The notes: generated from the letters alone by a model not told the origin. Numbered from the stretch's first letter, positions 42,870 to 54,200 are shown. The stretch: DNA of 64,000 bases from Leptospira sp. (GCA_034439575.1 JAWXAQ010000007.1:256001-320000); one strand, 5' to 3'. Translations and numbers: made by a program.

Positions 42870-43838
42870 TTATAATCCTTTTTGTAATAGATCGTGAACA
42901 GAAACCATTCCTAAGAATTTTTGATCTTTGTCTACGACGGGAGCGACCGAAATAGGTCTTTCTCGTTCTTCCATTTGTAATAGAACATCGTAAGCCTTGT
43001 CCTCTGGATGAAAAAAACTAGGCTTTGAATTCATCATTTCTTTCGCTATGATTCCTTCATTTATTTTTTTATTAGAAAGAGCTTTTCTGATATCATAATC
43101 GGTAATCAGGCCAATAAGTTTCCCAACATTATCTACAACACCAGTCGCCCCCAATCCCTTGCGGGTTATTTCTTTTAAAATATCATCTAAATTTGCATCT
43201 TCTGTAACGGTTGCGTTTTTCTCCTCTCTTCGCATAACGTCAGATAAGTGCAGTGAAAGTCTTTTGCCTAGCCTTCCCGCCGGATGATACAAAGCAAAAT
43301 CATCAGCTTGAAATTTTTTAAGTTCCATCAATGCCATGGCGATCGCATCGCCTAACATAAGGGCTATTGTAGTAGAAGATGTTGGTGCTAAAGCCAAAGG
43401 GCAAGCTTCTTTTAAAATTGGAGTAACAATGATTATATCTGAAAGTTCTGCTAACCTTGATTTGTCATTTGCTGTAATTCCGACTATTTTTGCACCTATT
43501 CGTTTCAAGGTAGGCAGAATATAATTGAGTTCTTCGGACTCTCCACTTTTTCCAATGGCAAGAACCACATCATCCGGACCAACAATACCAGAATCACCAT
43601 GAGAGGCATCCGTCGGATGTAAAAAATAAGCCGAAGTTCCGGTTGAGGATAGAGTATGGGAAATTTTTTTGGCAATGTCACCTGACTTGCCTACACCAGT
43701 TACAATCACTTTTCCTTTGCTATCTAAAATCAGTTGAATGCACTTAGCGATATTCGGGTCTAAAGAATTTCTAAAATGGTTAATGGATGAAATTTCGTCA
43801 TCTAGTGCTCGTTCAACGATTGATAAAATATGATTCAT
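42870..43838 (-). CDS. kdsD: KpsF/GutQ arabinose-5-phosphate isomerase (SIS + 2 CBS); start re-called to 43838
   Basis: GVGKSG, HGD, KSGES, EACPLALAPTSST, HPAGRLG, CBS pair. Confidence 0.92.
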   Translation of the reverse strand: MNHILSIVERALDDEISSINHFRNSLDPNIAKCIQLILDSKGKVIVTGVGKSGDIAKKISHTLSSTGTSAYFLHPTDASHGDSGIVGPDDVVLAIGKSGESEELNYILPTLKRIGAKIVGITANDKSRLAELSDIIIVTPILKEACPLALAPTSSTTIALMLGDAIAMALMELKKFQADDFALYHPAGRLGKRLSLHLSDVMRREEKNATVTEDANLDDILKEITRKGLGATGVVDNVGKLIGLITDYDIRKALSNKKINEGIIAKEMMNSKPSFFHPEDKAYDVLLQMEERERPISVAPVVDKDQKFLGMVSVHDLLQKGL

Positions 43839-44374
43839 AATTTTAATTCTTCCCATTCAATGTCTTCGATTTTCATTTCTGTGATCACAACTTGATTCAT
43901 TGCTGAAAATCGAAGGAATACTGCGACTTTGTTTTTGCGTTTTTCTATTTCTAAAATTTTTCCAGCAAGAGGGCCGGAAATTACCTTCACAAACTTTCCT
44001 TTTTGTAATGCCTCATTTTCTCTTACTTCTATAGATTCTGTTCGAATTTTCAAAATATTCCTCAATTCTTCGATTTCTTCTATTGTTACTGTTGCAGGCA
44101 CGCCCTTATCAAATACAAAATGATGAGAGCCAGGCAATTGCAAAACTTTCATCCTTTCTTTCCAGAAATCAATATGTACAAATAAATAAGATTTAAAACA
44201 AGGAGTATCAATCATACGAAAACGATCACTCCACTTTTTCCTTTCAGTGATAAGTGGAAGATAACTATCAACTTTGTATTTGCGAAGATGTTGTGCTAAT
44301 TTTTTTTCAGCGCGCGGAAGGGTATAAACTATATACCAAAACTTTCCTTCGTTAGTTGGTTCATTCTCTGACAT
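43835..44374 (-). CDS. NusG-paralog transcription antiterminator (UpxY/RfaH/LoaP-like)
   Basis: NGN WYIVYTLPRAEKK...KWSDR...PCFKSYLFV; KOW GKFVKVISGPLAG. Confidence 0.88.
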   Translation of the reverse strand: MSENEPTNEGKFWYIVYTLPRAEKKLAQHLRKYKVDSYLPLITERKKWSDRFRMIDTPCFKSYLFVHIDFWKERMKVLQLPGSHHFVFDKGVPATVTIEEIEELRNILKIRTESIEVRENEALQKGKFVKVISGPLAGKILEIEKRKNKVAVFLRFSAMNQVVITEMKIEDIEWEELKL

Positions 44375-44855
44375 GAATTCTGAAGCGAATCGGTAGAATT
44401 AGATTTTTTCCTTTTGATGAAAGAAATTTCCAGAAACGTAACTGGGTTCTTATCTGCGCATCGAAAACATCATACCTACACGGTGCTATGACAGTCAAAT
44501 TCTCAACTCCACCATTTTCTGCAACAGTTACTCTAAAGGTACATTCGTCCTCTAAAGCCTGTTCCAAGGCAATTTCTGGGTAAGTTAATGAGTTTCGAAA
44601 TCGTTCAATTTCTGCTTCATCTGTATTTGTTCCAACCAATTGGTCCATTGCATTTTGATTCATTGATACTTGACCAATTCCAGAATTAGGCCTTTGGGAA
44701 ATGGATTGGAGAGATATTGGCGAACCTTTAGTTAGGTGAAGGATAATTCGTTCTGAGTCAGAAGGATAGGCAAACAAGAATATCCCTAAAACAAATAGAT
44801 GAATGCTCAAAGAGAAAATTATAAATGATATAAATGGATTCCTTTTTGGGAACAT
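44361..44855 (-). CDS. Short TonB-like protein (TM anchor + TonB C-terminal domain)
   Basis: SLSIH anchor motif; YPEIAL...FRVTV..NGGV...FD...WKF...LPIRF. Confidence 0.75.
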   Translation of the reverse strand: MFPKRNPFISFIIFSLSIHLFVLGIFLFAYPSDSERIILHLTKGSPISLQSISQRPNSGIGQVSMNQNAMDQLVGTNTDEAEIERFRNSLTYPEIALEQALEDECTFRVTVAENGGVENLTVIAPCRYDVFDAQIRTQLRFWKFLSSKGKNLILPIRFRIHVRE

Positions 44856-44950
44856 AAACTTTTCTTTTGCCTAAGGTCAAATTCTCAAAACTCTCTATTT
44901 TAGAAAAACTTAATTGGATCAATTTCATTCCCATTTTAGATTGGTTGCAT

Positions 44951-46090
44951 ATGCCTTCAACTTGGGGAAAAATTTTCAAAGTATCCACATATGGCGAATC
45001 ACACGGAGTTTCTGTCGGTGTGGTTGTCGAGGGAGTTCCCGCCGGATTGCCATTTCCATTGGATGAAATTCAAAAAGATCTAACACGCAGAAGACCTGGC
45101 CAAAATGACCTGACGACTCCCAGAGACGAAGAAGATTTGGTCATCATAGAATCTGGCGTTTTTCAGGACAAAACTACAGGAAGCCCAATTCTTTTAAAAG
45201 TTAACAATAAAAATACGATAGGTGCAGACTATGATGAGATGGCACATGTTTTTCGCCCTTCTCATGCAGATTATACCTATTCTGAAAAATATGGGCACAG
45301 AGCTCATGTCGGTGGCGGTCGGTCTTCTGTCAGAGAAACGATTGGTCGGGTAGCAGCTGGTGGTCTCGCGAGAGTGATATTAGGGAGAGAACTCGGGATT
45401 CAAACAGTTGCCTGGGTTGATAGCGTTGGTCTTATCGATTCAAAGATAACCGAAGACCAATTTCCAATTAGCAGAGATTATGTGGACAAATTTCCGACAC
45501 GATGCCCGAATCAAGTTGTCAATGATGAAATGGAATTGTTAATACGAAAACTGAGAGACGAAGGTGATTCTGTAGGTGGAGTCGTGAAAGCTGTTGTTCG
45601 CAATTTACCACCTGGTCTAGGAGATCCCGTTTATGATAAGTTAGATGCCGATCTAGCAAAAGCCTTATTATCAATTTCTGCATGTAAAGGTTTTGAAATA
45701 GGTTCTGGATTTATGGGAACTCGCCAATTAGGTAGCACACATAATGATGAATTTTACATCGAACATAGTTCTGGAAAAGTCAAAACAAGAACCAATCATT
45801 CCGGCGGAATTCAAGGTGGCATTTCCAATGGTATGGATTTAATTTTACGTGCTGCATTCAAACCCACATCCACGATCAAAAAAGCGCAAAATACTGTTAA
45901 TGATAAAAATGAAGAAACGATATTGAAAGCCAAGGGAAGACATGACCCTTGTGTTTTACCTAGAGCGGTTCCCATTGTAGAAGCAGTAATCAATCTTGTA
46001 CTTATCGATGCTTATTTTTATCAAAGGGCACTACAGCCTAAATGGTTTTTAAAGTATGCAAATTTAAAAAGTATTCCAGACCAAGGATAA
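44951..46090 (+). CDS. aroC: Chorismate synthase (start re-called to ATG at 44951)
   Basis: [40 protein letters not shown]. Confidence 0.96.
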   Translation: MPSTWGKIFKVSTYGESHGVSVGVVVEGVPAGLPFPLDEIQKDLTRRRPGQNDLTTPRDEEDLVIIESGVFQDKTTGSPILLKVNNKNTIGADYDEMAHVFRPSHADYTYSEKYGHRAHVGGGRSSVRETIGRVAAGGLARVILGRELGIQTVAWVDSVGLIDSKITEDQFPISRDYVDKFPTRCPNQVVNDEMELLIRKLRDEGDSVGGVVKAVVRNLPPGLGDPVYDKLDADLAKALLSISACKGFEIGSGFMGTRQLGSTHNDEFYIEHSSGKVKTRTNHSGGIQGGISNGMDLILRAAFKPTSTIKKAQNTVNDKNEETILKAKGRHDPCVLPRAVPIVEAVINLVLIDAYFYQRALQPKWFLKYANLKSIPDQG

Positions 46091-46094
46091 CATT

Positions 46095-46820
46095 GTGAAA
46101 GTATTCCATGTTTTGTTAGCTGAAGATGATTCGAGCAATGCTGGAATAGTGATAAATCTATTGGAGAGATATAATTTTGCAGTTACTCATGCTCAGGATG
46201 GAATGCTTGCGTTGTCCAAATTGAGGACCAAAGAATATGATTTAATAATCTGTGATATAATGATGCCACATATGGATGGATTAACACTTATTGAAAAAGG
46301 AAAGGATTATATAAAACATACTCCTGTAATTATGCTAACTTCTGCAGGTGATAAGGATATGATTGTAAGAGCCGCTCATAGTGGTGTCAGTGCATATCTT
46401 TTAAAACCGGTGACTAGTGTCTCTTTGCTCGAAAAAATCCAACCTCTGTTAAAATTAACTCCCGAAATGATTTTTGATAAAAAGCTATTTCCTTTAACAT
46501 TAACATTTAATAGCAAATCAGTCTCAGAAATTGAAATGAAAATTGTGGGATGTCCTTGGCGAAAGGATAAAGGACAAATCTTTGAGCAGTTCAGCCACTT
46601 TTTAGCGGGTAGGGCGACTTTTACTGATTTAAAAATAATTATAGATACAGACTATTTCTTAGATGGAAAAGCCCTGATCATTTTGGAAGATTTTTTAAGT
46701 TCTGTTGCCAAAAAAACTAACATCAGATCTAAAAATATTCAAATTGAATCGGGAGTATTGAAGAAAATTAAACCAAGTCTAAAAGAATATGAATGTCTTA
46801 AAGACGTTTTTATTATTTAG
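46095..46820 (+). CDS. Response regulator (REC + uncharacterised C-terminal domain)
   Basis: AEDD, CDIMMPHMDG, MLT, LLKP; GTG start. Confidence 0.88.
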   Translation: MKVFHVLLAEDDSSNAGIVINLLERYNFAVTHAQDGMLALSKLRTKEYDLIICDIMMPHMDGLTLIEKGKDYIKHTPVIMLTSAGDKDMIVRAAHSGVSAYLLKPVTSVSLLEKIQPLLKLTPEMIFDKKLFPLTLTFNSKSVSEIEMKIVGCPWRKDKGQIFEQFSHFLAGRATFTDLKIIIDTDYFLDGKALIILEDFLSSVAKKTNIRSKNIQIESGVLKKIKPSLKEYECLKDVFII

Positions 46821-46830
46821 AAAGGAAGGT

Positions 46831-46858
46831 TTGACAGAATTGCACAAAGCATTCTAAT
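46831..46858 (+). promoter_or_regulatory. Candidate sigma70 promoter for nuoG-nuoI
   Basis: Perfect TTGACA, 16-nt spacer, TCTAAT. Confidence 0.4.
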
Positions 46859-46879
46859 CATACCAAGGGGGCTCGCTCT

Positions 46880-48334
46880 TTGGTAAAGATAAAGATTGAT
46901 GGTGTCGAGTTCGAAGTCGACGAAAAGAAAAACTTAATTGATGCCGCAAAAGATGTAGGCGTTGAGATCCCTTATTTTTGTTATCATCCCGCTCTCTCGA
47001 TTGTTGGTATGTGCCGCATGTGTTTGATTGAGATAGAGGGTGTTCCGAGACTACAAGCCGCTTGCAATACTCCAGTCAAAGATGGAATGGGTATCATCAC
47101 AAAATCAGATCGTGTAAAAGAAGCACGGGCTGGTACAATGGAATTTCTACTCGCAAATCATCCGTTAGATTGTCCGGTTTGTGATAAAGCTGGAGAATGT
47201 AAACTCCAAGACAATGCCTTTGGCTCAGGCAAGGGTCATTCTCGATTTGAATTTGAAAAACGAAATGTTCCCCAAGAAGAAATTGGCACAAATTTAATTA
47301 TCAATCATAATCGTTGTATTGTTTGTTATCGTTGTGTTCGTTTTGAAGAAGAAAAAGTAGGCCAATCAAACTTAGGACTATTTGAACGCGGAAATCATTC
47401 TTTGATCGGTTTAGCAAATGATGAACCGATTGATCATAACTACCAAGGTGCCTTGGCGGATATTTGTCCCGTAGGTGCATTGTTAAATAATAAAACTCTT
47501 TTTAAATCAAGAGTGTGGTGGTACAAATCACATTCATCCGTATGTCATGGTTGTTCCACAGGTTGTAACGTAACAACGAATGTGCGAGACAATAAAATGT
47601 ATCGTTATATGGTAAAAGAAAATTATGAAAAGGGTATGTTTTTCTTATGTGATAAAGGCCGATTTGATATTGATTGGATGAATGAAAATCGCTTATTAGC
47701 CTATTTAGAAAAAGGAAAACCTTCTACTTCAGTTGATGTGATTCCAAAGATTTCAGATCTGATTCAAAAGTCCAATGGCATTGCCATCCTTGGTGGTGCC
47801 CATGAATCAAATGAAAATTTGGAAAAGATAAAGAAGGCATTGCCTGAAATTTCTAAGGCTTTTGCAGATAAAACAATAATTATGGAAGTGCGCGTCTCAG
47901 ATCCTCAGTATAAAGAAACGGAACAAGTTGATTTCCTACTTACAAAAGACAGTCATCCAAATACAAGGGGTGCTGTTGACTTGGGCCTTACACTTTCGAA
48001 TGGTTTAAACGACATTGAATCTCTGGTTAATTCTGGTAAGGTGGATGTTGTTTTTATAATCAAAGAAGAGGTCCCAAACTTTTTAAAAGGTAAAGCGACT
48101 TTGGTGGTTCTTGATACAAATCTGACTGTTTCGGCACAGGAAGCAGACTTTGCAGTTCCTATAAAGATTTTTGCCGAAGAAGCTGGATCTTTTACAAATA
48201 AAAACGGATTAAAACAAAATTTTGAAAAGTCAATGGAATCCCCTCAAGGACTGCCATCGTCTGCAGAATTTTTTCAAAGGCTCTTAACATCTGCTAATGT
48301 TAAAAAAGAAGAGGTGCTCCTTGGGAACGGTTAA
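46880..48334 (+). CDS. nuoG: NADH-quinone oxidoreductase subunit G (short form)
   Basis: [14 protein letters not shown]...[24 protein letters not shown]...[14 protein letters not shown]...C. Confidence 0.9.
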   Translation: MVKIKIDGVEFEVDEKKNLIDAAKDVGVEIPYFCYHPALSIVGMCRMCLIEIEGVPRLQAACNTPVKDGMGIITKSDRVKEARAGTMEFLLANHPLDCPVCDKAGECKLQDNAFGSGKGHSRFEFEKRNVPQEEIGTNLIINHNRCIVCYRCVRFEEEKVGQSNLGLFERGNHSLIGLANDEPIDHNYQGALADICPVGALLNNKTLFKSRVWWYKSHSSVCHGCSTGCNVTTNVRDNKMYRYMVKENYEKGMFFLCDKGRFDIDWMNENRLLAYLEKGKPSTSVDVIPKISDLIQKSNGIAILGGAHESNENLEKIKKALPEISKAFADKTIIMEVRVSDPQYKETEQVDFLLTKDSHPNTRGAVDLGLTLSNGLNDIESLVNSGKVDVVFIIKEEVPNFLKGKATLVVLDTNLTVSAQEADFAVPIKIFAEEAGSFTNKNGLKQNFEKSMESPQGLPSSAEFFQRLLTSANVKKEEVLLGNG

Positions 48335-48848
48335 TGTCATCAATGTAGCAAAAAGGCACCAATTCTCTTGGTATGAAAAGTTTTATTTTTGGTCGATTGG
48401 CAAGGGGATGTGGATTACCCTCAAACACTTTTTGAAAGTGGCACTTTTCAACCGTCAGGTTACAATTGAATACCCCGAAAAAAAGCGCCAGTATTCCACG
48501 CGCTTTCGCGGTATGCATTCTATGAAAAGAGATGAACAAGGACGTGAAAGATGTACGGCTTGTTTTTGTTGTATGTGGATTTGTCCTGCTAACGCAATTT
48601 TAATTGAAGCCGCAGAAGTAACGAGCGAAAATCAACACTTACATCCTGAAGATAAATTTGCACAAAAATTTGAAATCAACTTACTTCGTTGCATATTCTG
48701 TGGGTTATGCGAAGAGGCATGTCCTAAAGGTGCCATTTATTTGGATGGAACAGGTGAGATGGCAGCAGACAACAGAGAAGATCTGATTCTCACAAAAGAA
48801 CGTATGATGGAAAAAACGGGCGGTCCACTTATTGGTCAGAGAAATTAA
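48321..48848 (+). CDS. nuoI: NADH-quinone oxidoreductase subunit I (TTG start at 48321)
   Basis: [42 protein letters not shown]. Confidence 0.92.
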   Translation: MGTVNVINVAKRHQFSWYEKFYFWSIGKGMWITLKHFLKVALFNRQVTIEYPEKKRQYSTRFRGMHSMKRDEQGRERCTACFCCMWICPANAILIEAAEVTSENQHLHPEDKFAQKFEINLLRCIFCGLCEEACPKGAIYLDGTGEMAADNREDLILTKERMMEKTGGPLIGQRN

Positions 48849-48908
48849 CCTCTGGCCGATAAAATTTTTTTTTACCACTAAACCAATCCCTCATTTTGAA
48901 TTTCTAAA

Positions 48909-49892
48909 TTGTATTTTTTTACTTTCCTCATTCTAATCACTTCCAGTTCAATAATTGCACAAGGGCAATTTATAGAATCAAAGGACGATGAACAAAAGTT
49001 AATCGATAATCACGCCATTGAAAAACTTCGATTTGGCCTTGCAAATCACATACATTATTATAAAATCAAAAAAACCAAAAACACTGTCGTTGAACAAAGA
49101 TCAGGTCGTAAAAGACTGCTTGATCATAACTTGATTTTAAGAGCGTTATTCCAAGGGAATTTATTTCATACTACTTACGGATCTCTTGCACCATTATTTG
49201 AGGGAGCAAGTTTTATAGATTTTGGAAGTGCGATATTGTATGAAGAAGGTGCAGTGACAGTTCGCGATTTATATGAAGATGAGAATTTAAGACCCCATTT
49301 CTATAAAATAGTGGCTACAGATATCAATGACATTGCATTCGATCATACGCGATACATAGAAATTCATATGAATGAAAGAGAACCATTTCCCTTTTCATTC
49401 AATGAAATACCATTTTTGTTAGATGATCCAGAATACATACGGACACTCACTCGTATTTATTCAAAGAATGAATTTTCACCTGTGATCTTTCGTTCCACAA
49501 ATTCGGGCCCAGATTTATTTTATACTGTGGCGGAAATGAAAGAACATTTTGTTTCGATCCTTGTCGCGAATCCAAATCGGAATATTTTATATTTTTTTAA
49601 TCGCTTTGTTTTCTTTCGTTCTGTCTGTTCAGACAAATTTCAATTGATTGGTACGATCGACGAAAAAATTGGAGTTAACCATAGTTTCAGTGCATGGAAA
49701 TATATAGATTGGAATCGACGGACATATGCAGAAGGATTCCACCCCAATCGAAATTATATTCGCCTCGGAACAGAAGGCCCCATTGCAATAGCTGACCAAT
49801 TAGATTCTATGTTTCTAAGCAATTCATGCTTTTGGGGACATAAATTGAGACATTTTGGTAACAAAATACGTAAAAGCATATCAAAATCGTGA
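48909..49892 (+). CDS. Hypothetical protein with signal peptide
   Basis: 327-aa ORF, hydrophobic N-terminus; weak methyltransferase-like FIDFGS and VATDI. Confidence 0.6.
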   Translation: MYFFTFLILITSSSIIAQGQFIESKDDEQKLIDNHAIEKLRFGLANHIHYYKIKKTKNTVVEQRSGRKRLLDHNLILRALFQGNLFHTTYGSLAPLFEGASFIDFGSAILYEEGAVTVRDLYEDENLRPHFYKIVATDINDIAFDHTRYIEIHMNEREPFPFSFNEIPFLLDDPEYIRTLTRIYSKNEFSPVIFRSTNSGPDLFYTVAEMKEHFVSILVANPNRNILYFFNRFVFFRSVCSDKFQLIGTIDEKIGVNHSFSAWKYIDWNRRTYAEGFHPNRNYIRLGTEGPIAIADQLDSMFLSNSCFWGHKLRHFGNKIRKSISKS

Positions 49893-49959
49893 TTTTTTGT
49901 TTCCCATCTTAAGGAACTGTGTACGTTTTTGAATTATACAACCCACAGAGAGGTAAATC

Positions 49960-51174
49960 ATGGGGAACTCATATATCGTTGATGCTGTTAGAACACCTCG
50001 AGGAAAGGGGAAAAAAAGAGGGACACTTGCCAGTGTTCATCCTCAAGAGCTTTCCGCCGCTACCCTAAAGGCCATCCAAGAAAGAAATGGAATAGATCCA
50101 AAAACTGTAGAAGAAGTCGTTATGGGTTGCGTTTCTCAAGTTGCTGACCAAGCCGCTTGTATCGCCCGTTATGCTGTTATGGCTGCTCATTGGCCAAAGG
50201 AAGTTCCTGGTTATACGGTAAATCGTTTTTGTGGCTCCGGCTTACAAGCGCTAAACAATGTGGCAAATCATGTTGCTTCAGGTGCTATGGACTTAGCTGT
50301 CGGTGGTGGCGTTGAATCTATGAGCCGTGTTAAAATGGGCGATGATATGCTCGGTCGTGATTTCAATGTTGGAAATGATAAAATTGCTCAAAGTTATAAT
50401 TTAGTTCCGCAAGGAATTTCTGCTGACCTTATTGCAACAAAGTATGATATCACTCGGGAAGAAGCTGATCGTTTTGCTGAATCTTCACAACAAAAAGCCC
50501 ATAATGCTGTTAAGAATGGTTACTTCAAAAAATCAATCGTTCCTATTAAACTTGATGATGGAAGTGTAGTGACAGAAGAAGAAAATCCACGAATTGAATC
50601 TGATTACGCTTTTCTCTCCGGTCTTGGTGCAGTATTTAAAACTATCGGGGAACAAGAATTAGATGCTATAGCTTTAAGATCTTACCCAGAAATTAAAAAA
50701 ATAAACCACATCCATACTTTAGGAAATTCTTCTGGTATTGTGGATGGTGCCGCGGCTCTACTTGTGGCAAATGATGATGGTTTGAAAAAATACGGATTAA
50801 AACCAAGAGCTAAAATTCTCGCTACTGCGGCAACAGGTGAAGATCCAACGATTATGTTAACTGGTCCTGTCTCTGCTTCTCAAAAAGCATTGAAGATGGC
50901 TGGTCTAAGTGTGAAAGATATTGATCTTTGGGAAATCAACGAAGCTTTTGCTTCGGTTGTGCTTTATGTTAAAAAAACATTAGGCATTGATTTGGAAAAA
51001 ATCAATGTCAATGGTGGTGCCATGGCTCTTGGCCATCCACTCGGTGCAACGGGTGCAATTCTAACTGGTACTGTGTTAGATGAACTTGAACGTCGTGATC
51101 TACGCTACGGATTGATAACACTTTGTATCGGTGGTGGAATGGGTATTGCGACTATCATTGAAAGATTAAAATAA
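49960..51174 (+). CDS. Acetyl-CoA C-acyltransferase (thiolase)
   Basis: [30 protein letters not shown]. Confidence 0.95.
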   Translation: MGNSYIVDAVRTPRGKGKKRGTLASVHPQELSAATLKAIQERNGIDPKTVEEVVMGCVSQVADQAACIARYAVMAAHWPKEVPGYTVNRFCGSGLQALNNVANHVASGAMDLAVGGGVESMSRVKMGDDMLGRDFNVGNDKIAQSYNLVPQGISADLIATKYDITREEADRFAESSQQKAHNAVKNGYFKKSIVPIKLDDGSVVTEEENPRIESDYAFLSGLGAVFKTIGEQELDAIALRSYPEIKKINHIHTLGNSSGIVDGAAALLVANDDGLKKYGLKPRAKILATAATGEDPTIMLTGPVSASQKALKMAGLSVKDIDLWEINEAFASVVLYVKKTLGIDLEKINVNGGAMALGHPLGATGAILTGTVLDELERRDLRYGLITLCIGGGMGIATIIERLK

Positions 51175-51209
51175 ATCTAATAAAGATTATTTTTATTCAA
51201 CTAAATTAT

Positions 51210-51239
51210 AGCCAGATTGGGAATCCGATCTGGCTTTTT
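51210..51239 (+). terminator. Intrinsic terminator after the thiolase
   Basis: agccagattgg-gaat-ccgatctggct followed by T-tract. Confidence 0.8.
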
Positions 51240-51313
51240 GTTTGTAATGTGTGAATGGATTCCGATTCTGTGTTTGAGAGAGTTAAATTTTAATTTTCTG
51301 AGATGAGGATTTT

Positions 51314-51655
51314 ATGCCCGCAAGTTTAGACTTACAAGGTTATCATTGTAAAGATTGTAAATTTACGGTGATAGAAAATTTCAACGATTGTCCATCATGT
51401 GGCGGTCATAATTTAGAAACCATCCACGTAAGCCCTAATGGTCATATTTACACATTCACAATTGTGCATGTGGGTTTCGGTCATATGGCAGAAAGAGCTC
51501 CATATGCATTGACAATAGTGGAAACAGAAGATAAAATTAAACTAACAACCGTTTTAGAAGATGTGGAAGATTTTTCTATGATTAAAATTGGCCAGAAAGT
51601 TAAGTTAAAACGCTTTGATGAAAAAATAGGTCCAGTTTTTAGATTAGAAAACTAA
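51314..51655 (+). CDS. DUF35 Zn-ribbon/OB-fold protein
   Basis: CKDC...CPSC, GHIYTFTIVH, PYALTIVE, KIGQKV. Confidence 0.88.
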   Translation: MPASLDLQGYHCKDCKFTVIENFNDCPSCGGHNLETIHVSPNGHIYTFTIVHVGFGHMAERAPYALTIVETEDKIKLTTVLEDVEDFSMIKIGQKVKLKRFDEKIGPVFRLEN

Positions 51656-52587
51656 TCATGTGAATGATTATGTATTGCCGAATGTTCTTCGTTTAACGCA
51701 TTTAAATCAAAACAATCCTCATCATTCGTCTCAAATTCAATCGTACTATGAGTGATGTTCAAATGAATTAACTCATGTTTAATTTTTGATTTAATATTTT
51801 TTGTATTTTCATTCTGAGCTATTTTTACATGGCATGTGATTGCGTTTTCATCCGTGCTCAAACTCCAAACATGAATATGGTGAATGTCTACAACACCTTG
51901 GATTTTTAATAAATTATTTTTTACTTCGTCTAACTTAATTCCCTGAGGAACCCCATCCAATAGAGCAATAAAACTATCTTTAAACAGATCCCAAGTGCTA
52001 TAAATGATGACAAGAGCAATGATGAGGGAAGTGATTCCATCAAGGAAATACCAATGCGTGATTTGTATTAGAATTCCTGAGATAACAACACCCATTGAAA
52101 CCAATGCATCAACCATCAAATGCCAATAAGCAGCTTTGATATTTAAGTCATGTGAAATTTTTGAACGAAATAAATAAGCAGACCCAAAATTGATCATAAT
52201 CCCTATTCCAGCAACCCACGATACAACATTACCATTGATAGGTTGTTGGTTTATTAATCTTTCAATTCCTTCCCATGTTATTCCTCCGATGGCTATTGCT
52301 AAGAATAAGGAATTTAAAAAAGACGCGAGTATCGTTGATTTTTTATAACCATAAGAAAGAGTTTTACTAGGTTTAATTTTTTGAAGATAAAAAGCAATAA
52401 ATGCTATAACTAGTCCAGAAACATCACTTAGGTTATGAACTGCGTCTGATAAAAGAGCTGTCGATTCATAATTCCAACCAAAGTATATTTCAATGCATGT
52501 AAAAATTAGATTTAATGATATGCCAATTAGAAAGGAAATACCTATAGCATTGCGATCAATTTTTACATGTGAATGATCATGATCCAA
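51652..52587 (-). CDS. Cation diffusion facilitator (CzcD/ZitB-like Zn/Co/Cd exporter)
   Basis: ALLSDAVHNLSD, HLMVD, HHIHVW, HSTIE; His-rich termini. Confidence 0.92.
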   Translation of the reverse strand: MDHDHSHVKIDRNAIGISFLIGISLNLIFTCIEIYFGWNYESTALLSDAVHNLSDVSGLVIAFIAFYLQKIKPSKTLSYGYKKSTILASFLNSLFLAIAIGGITWEGIERLINQQPINGNVVSWVAGIGIMINFGSAYLFRSKISHDLNIKAAYWHLMVDALVSMGVVISGILIQITHWYFLDGITSLIIALVIIYSTWDLFKDSFIALLDGVPQGIKLDEVKNNLLKIQGVVDIHHIHVWSLSTDENAITCHVKIAQNENTKNIKSKIKHELIHLNITHSTIEFETNDEDCFDLNALNEEHSAIHNHSHD

Positions 52588-54199
52588 AAATTATCGCCTC
52601 ATTGGGAAATAGTTGCAAAAATCCATCATCGGACTCTTTTTTCATGAAACTGGGTCTTGGTGCCGTAGTAAACAGTATGTCTTCCAATTGCCATTTTCTC
52701 GAATAAGAGACGTTAACTGTTTCGTTCGAAAAGTTTAAAAAAACAAAAGTCTCTTCTTTCCCTTCTTTGCGTTTATAATAGATAACATTTTTGTCATGGC
52801 TAAGATAGATTTTTAAATTTCCTTTGCGCAGAGATTTTCTATCTTTCCGAAGCCTAATTAATGTTTTATAAGTATTAAAAAGAGAAGACTTATCCTCTTT
52901 TTGGATTTGAACATTTGTATCCATTGCCTTCTCATAAAAAGGCAACCAAGGCACTCCCGTAGTAAAACCTGTTTTTTCTGTACCATCCCAGGCCATAGGA
53001 ATGCGTTCAGGATCACGACCTGGGTGGAATGGCCAATATTTTTTACCTACAGGGTCTTGTATTTTTTTTAAGGCAACTTTCTGTCTCTCCATACCAATCT
53101 CTTCGCCGTAATAAAGAAAGGGTGTTCCTCTTAAGGTTAACATCATAGCGGCAGCTAATTTCGCTCGAGGAATCGTTTCTTTTCCTTTTGTATAACGAGT
53201 GATATGCCTAGGAAAGTCATGATTAGAAAGAGTGTAATTTGGCCAATTATCTTCACCTAATGCTGATTCGAAATCTTTTATGATCTGAAAAAAACTTTCG
53301 GCTTTCCAAGGTGAAAATAAAAACATAAAATTAAAAGCTAAATGCAGTTCATCATTTTTACCGCAATAAGTCGCAGGAAGTGTGACATTGCCAGGAAAGT
53401 CTTGCATTACCTCACCGACAGAGACTTTACGATCAGGATAAGAATCTAATAACTTACGAAGTCTTCTTAATATACCATGCATCTCTGGTCGATCACGATC
53501 ATAGATATGAACTTGTTTGTCATATGGTCTCGGACCCTTCATAAAATATGAGGGATTATCTCGAAAGAATTCATCCTTGATATATAAGTTAACAACGTCT
53601 AAACGAAATCCGTCTACACCCATATCAAGCCAATACCGAATCATTTTGAAAATCGCATCTTCCACTTCTGGATTACGCCAATTTAAATCTGGTTGTTCTT
53701 TTAAAAATGAATGAAAGTAAGATTCTTCAGTTCTTTTATCAAATTCCCATCCGAGTCCACCAAAAGCACCTAGCCAATTGTTTGGTGGGTTTCCGTGGGG
53801 AGAGTCTTTCCATATGTACCAATCTCGTTTGGGACTATTTTTTGATGAGCGAGATTCTAAAAACCAAGGATGTAAATGTGATGTGTGATTCACAACCAAA
53901 TCCATAATTATTTTAATATTTCTTTTATGTGCTTCTTTTAATAGTCGCTTAAATGTTGTTATATCACCATAGTTTGGATCAATTTCTTCATAGTCAGAAA
54001 TATCATAACCAAAATCAAACATGGGCGAAGGATAAACTGGTGACAACCAAATAGCATCAACACCAAGTGAATCACTTGAACCGTTAAGATAGTCTAACCT
54101 TTGTATAATTCCTTCAAGATCACCAATGCCATCACCGTTCGAATCTTGAAAACTACGAGGGTAAATTTGATATACTACTGCTTCTTTCCACCAATTCAT
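52577..54199 (-). CDS. GH13 alpha-glucosidase / oligo-1,6-glucosidase (start re-called to 54199)
   Basis: WWKEAVVYQIYPRSF, DLVVNHTS, QPDLN, GFRLDV, GE, SNHD. Confidence 0.93.
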   Translation of the reverse strand: MNWWKEAVVYQIYPRSFQDSNGDGIGDLEGIIQRLDYLNGSSDSLGVDAIWLSPVYPSPMFDFGYDISDYEEIDPNYGDITTFKRLLKEAHKRNIKIIMDLVVNHTSHLHPWFLESRSSKNSPKRDWYIWKDSPHGNPPNNWLGAFGGLGWEFDKRTEESYFHSFLKEQPDLNWRNPEVEDAIFKMIRYWLDMGVDGFRLDVVNLYIKDEFFRDNPSYFMKGPRPYDKQVHIYDRDRPEMHGILRRLRKLLDSYPDRKVSVGEVMQDFPGNVTLPATYCGKNDELHLAFNFMFLFSPWKAESFFQIIKDFESALGEDNWPNYTLSNHDFPRHITRYTKGKETIPRAKLAAAMMLTLRGTPFLYYGEEIGMERQKVALKKIQDPVGKKYWPFHPGRDPERIPMAWDGTEKTGFTTGVPWLPFYEKAMDTNVQIQKEDKSSLFNTYKTLIRLRKDRKSLRKGNLKIYLSHDKNVIYYKRKEGKEETFVFLNFSNETVNVSYSRKWQLEDILFTTAPRPSFMKKESDDGFLQLFPNEAIIFGS

Positions 54200-54200
54200 T

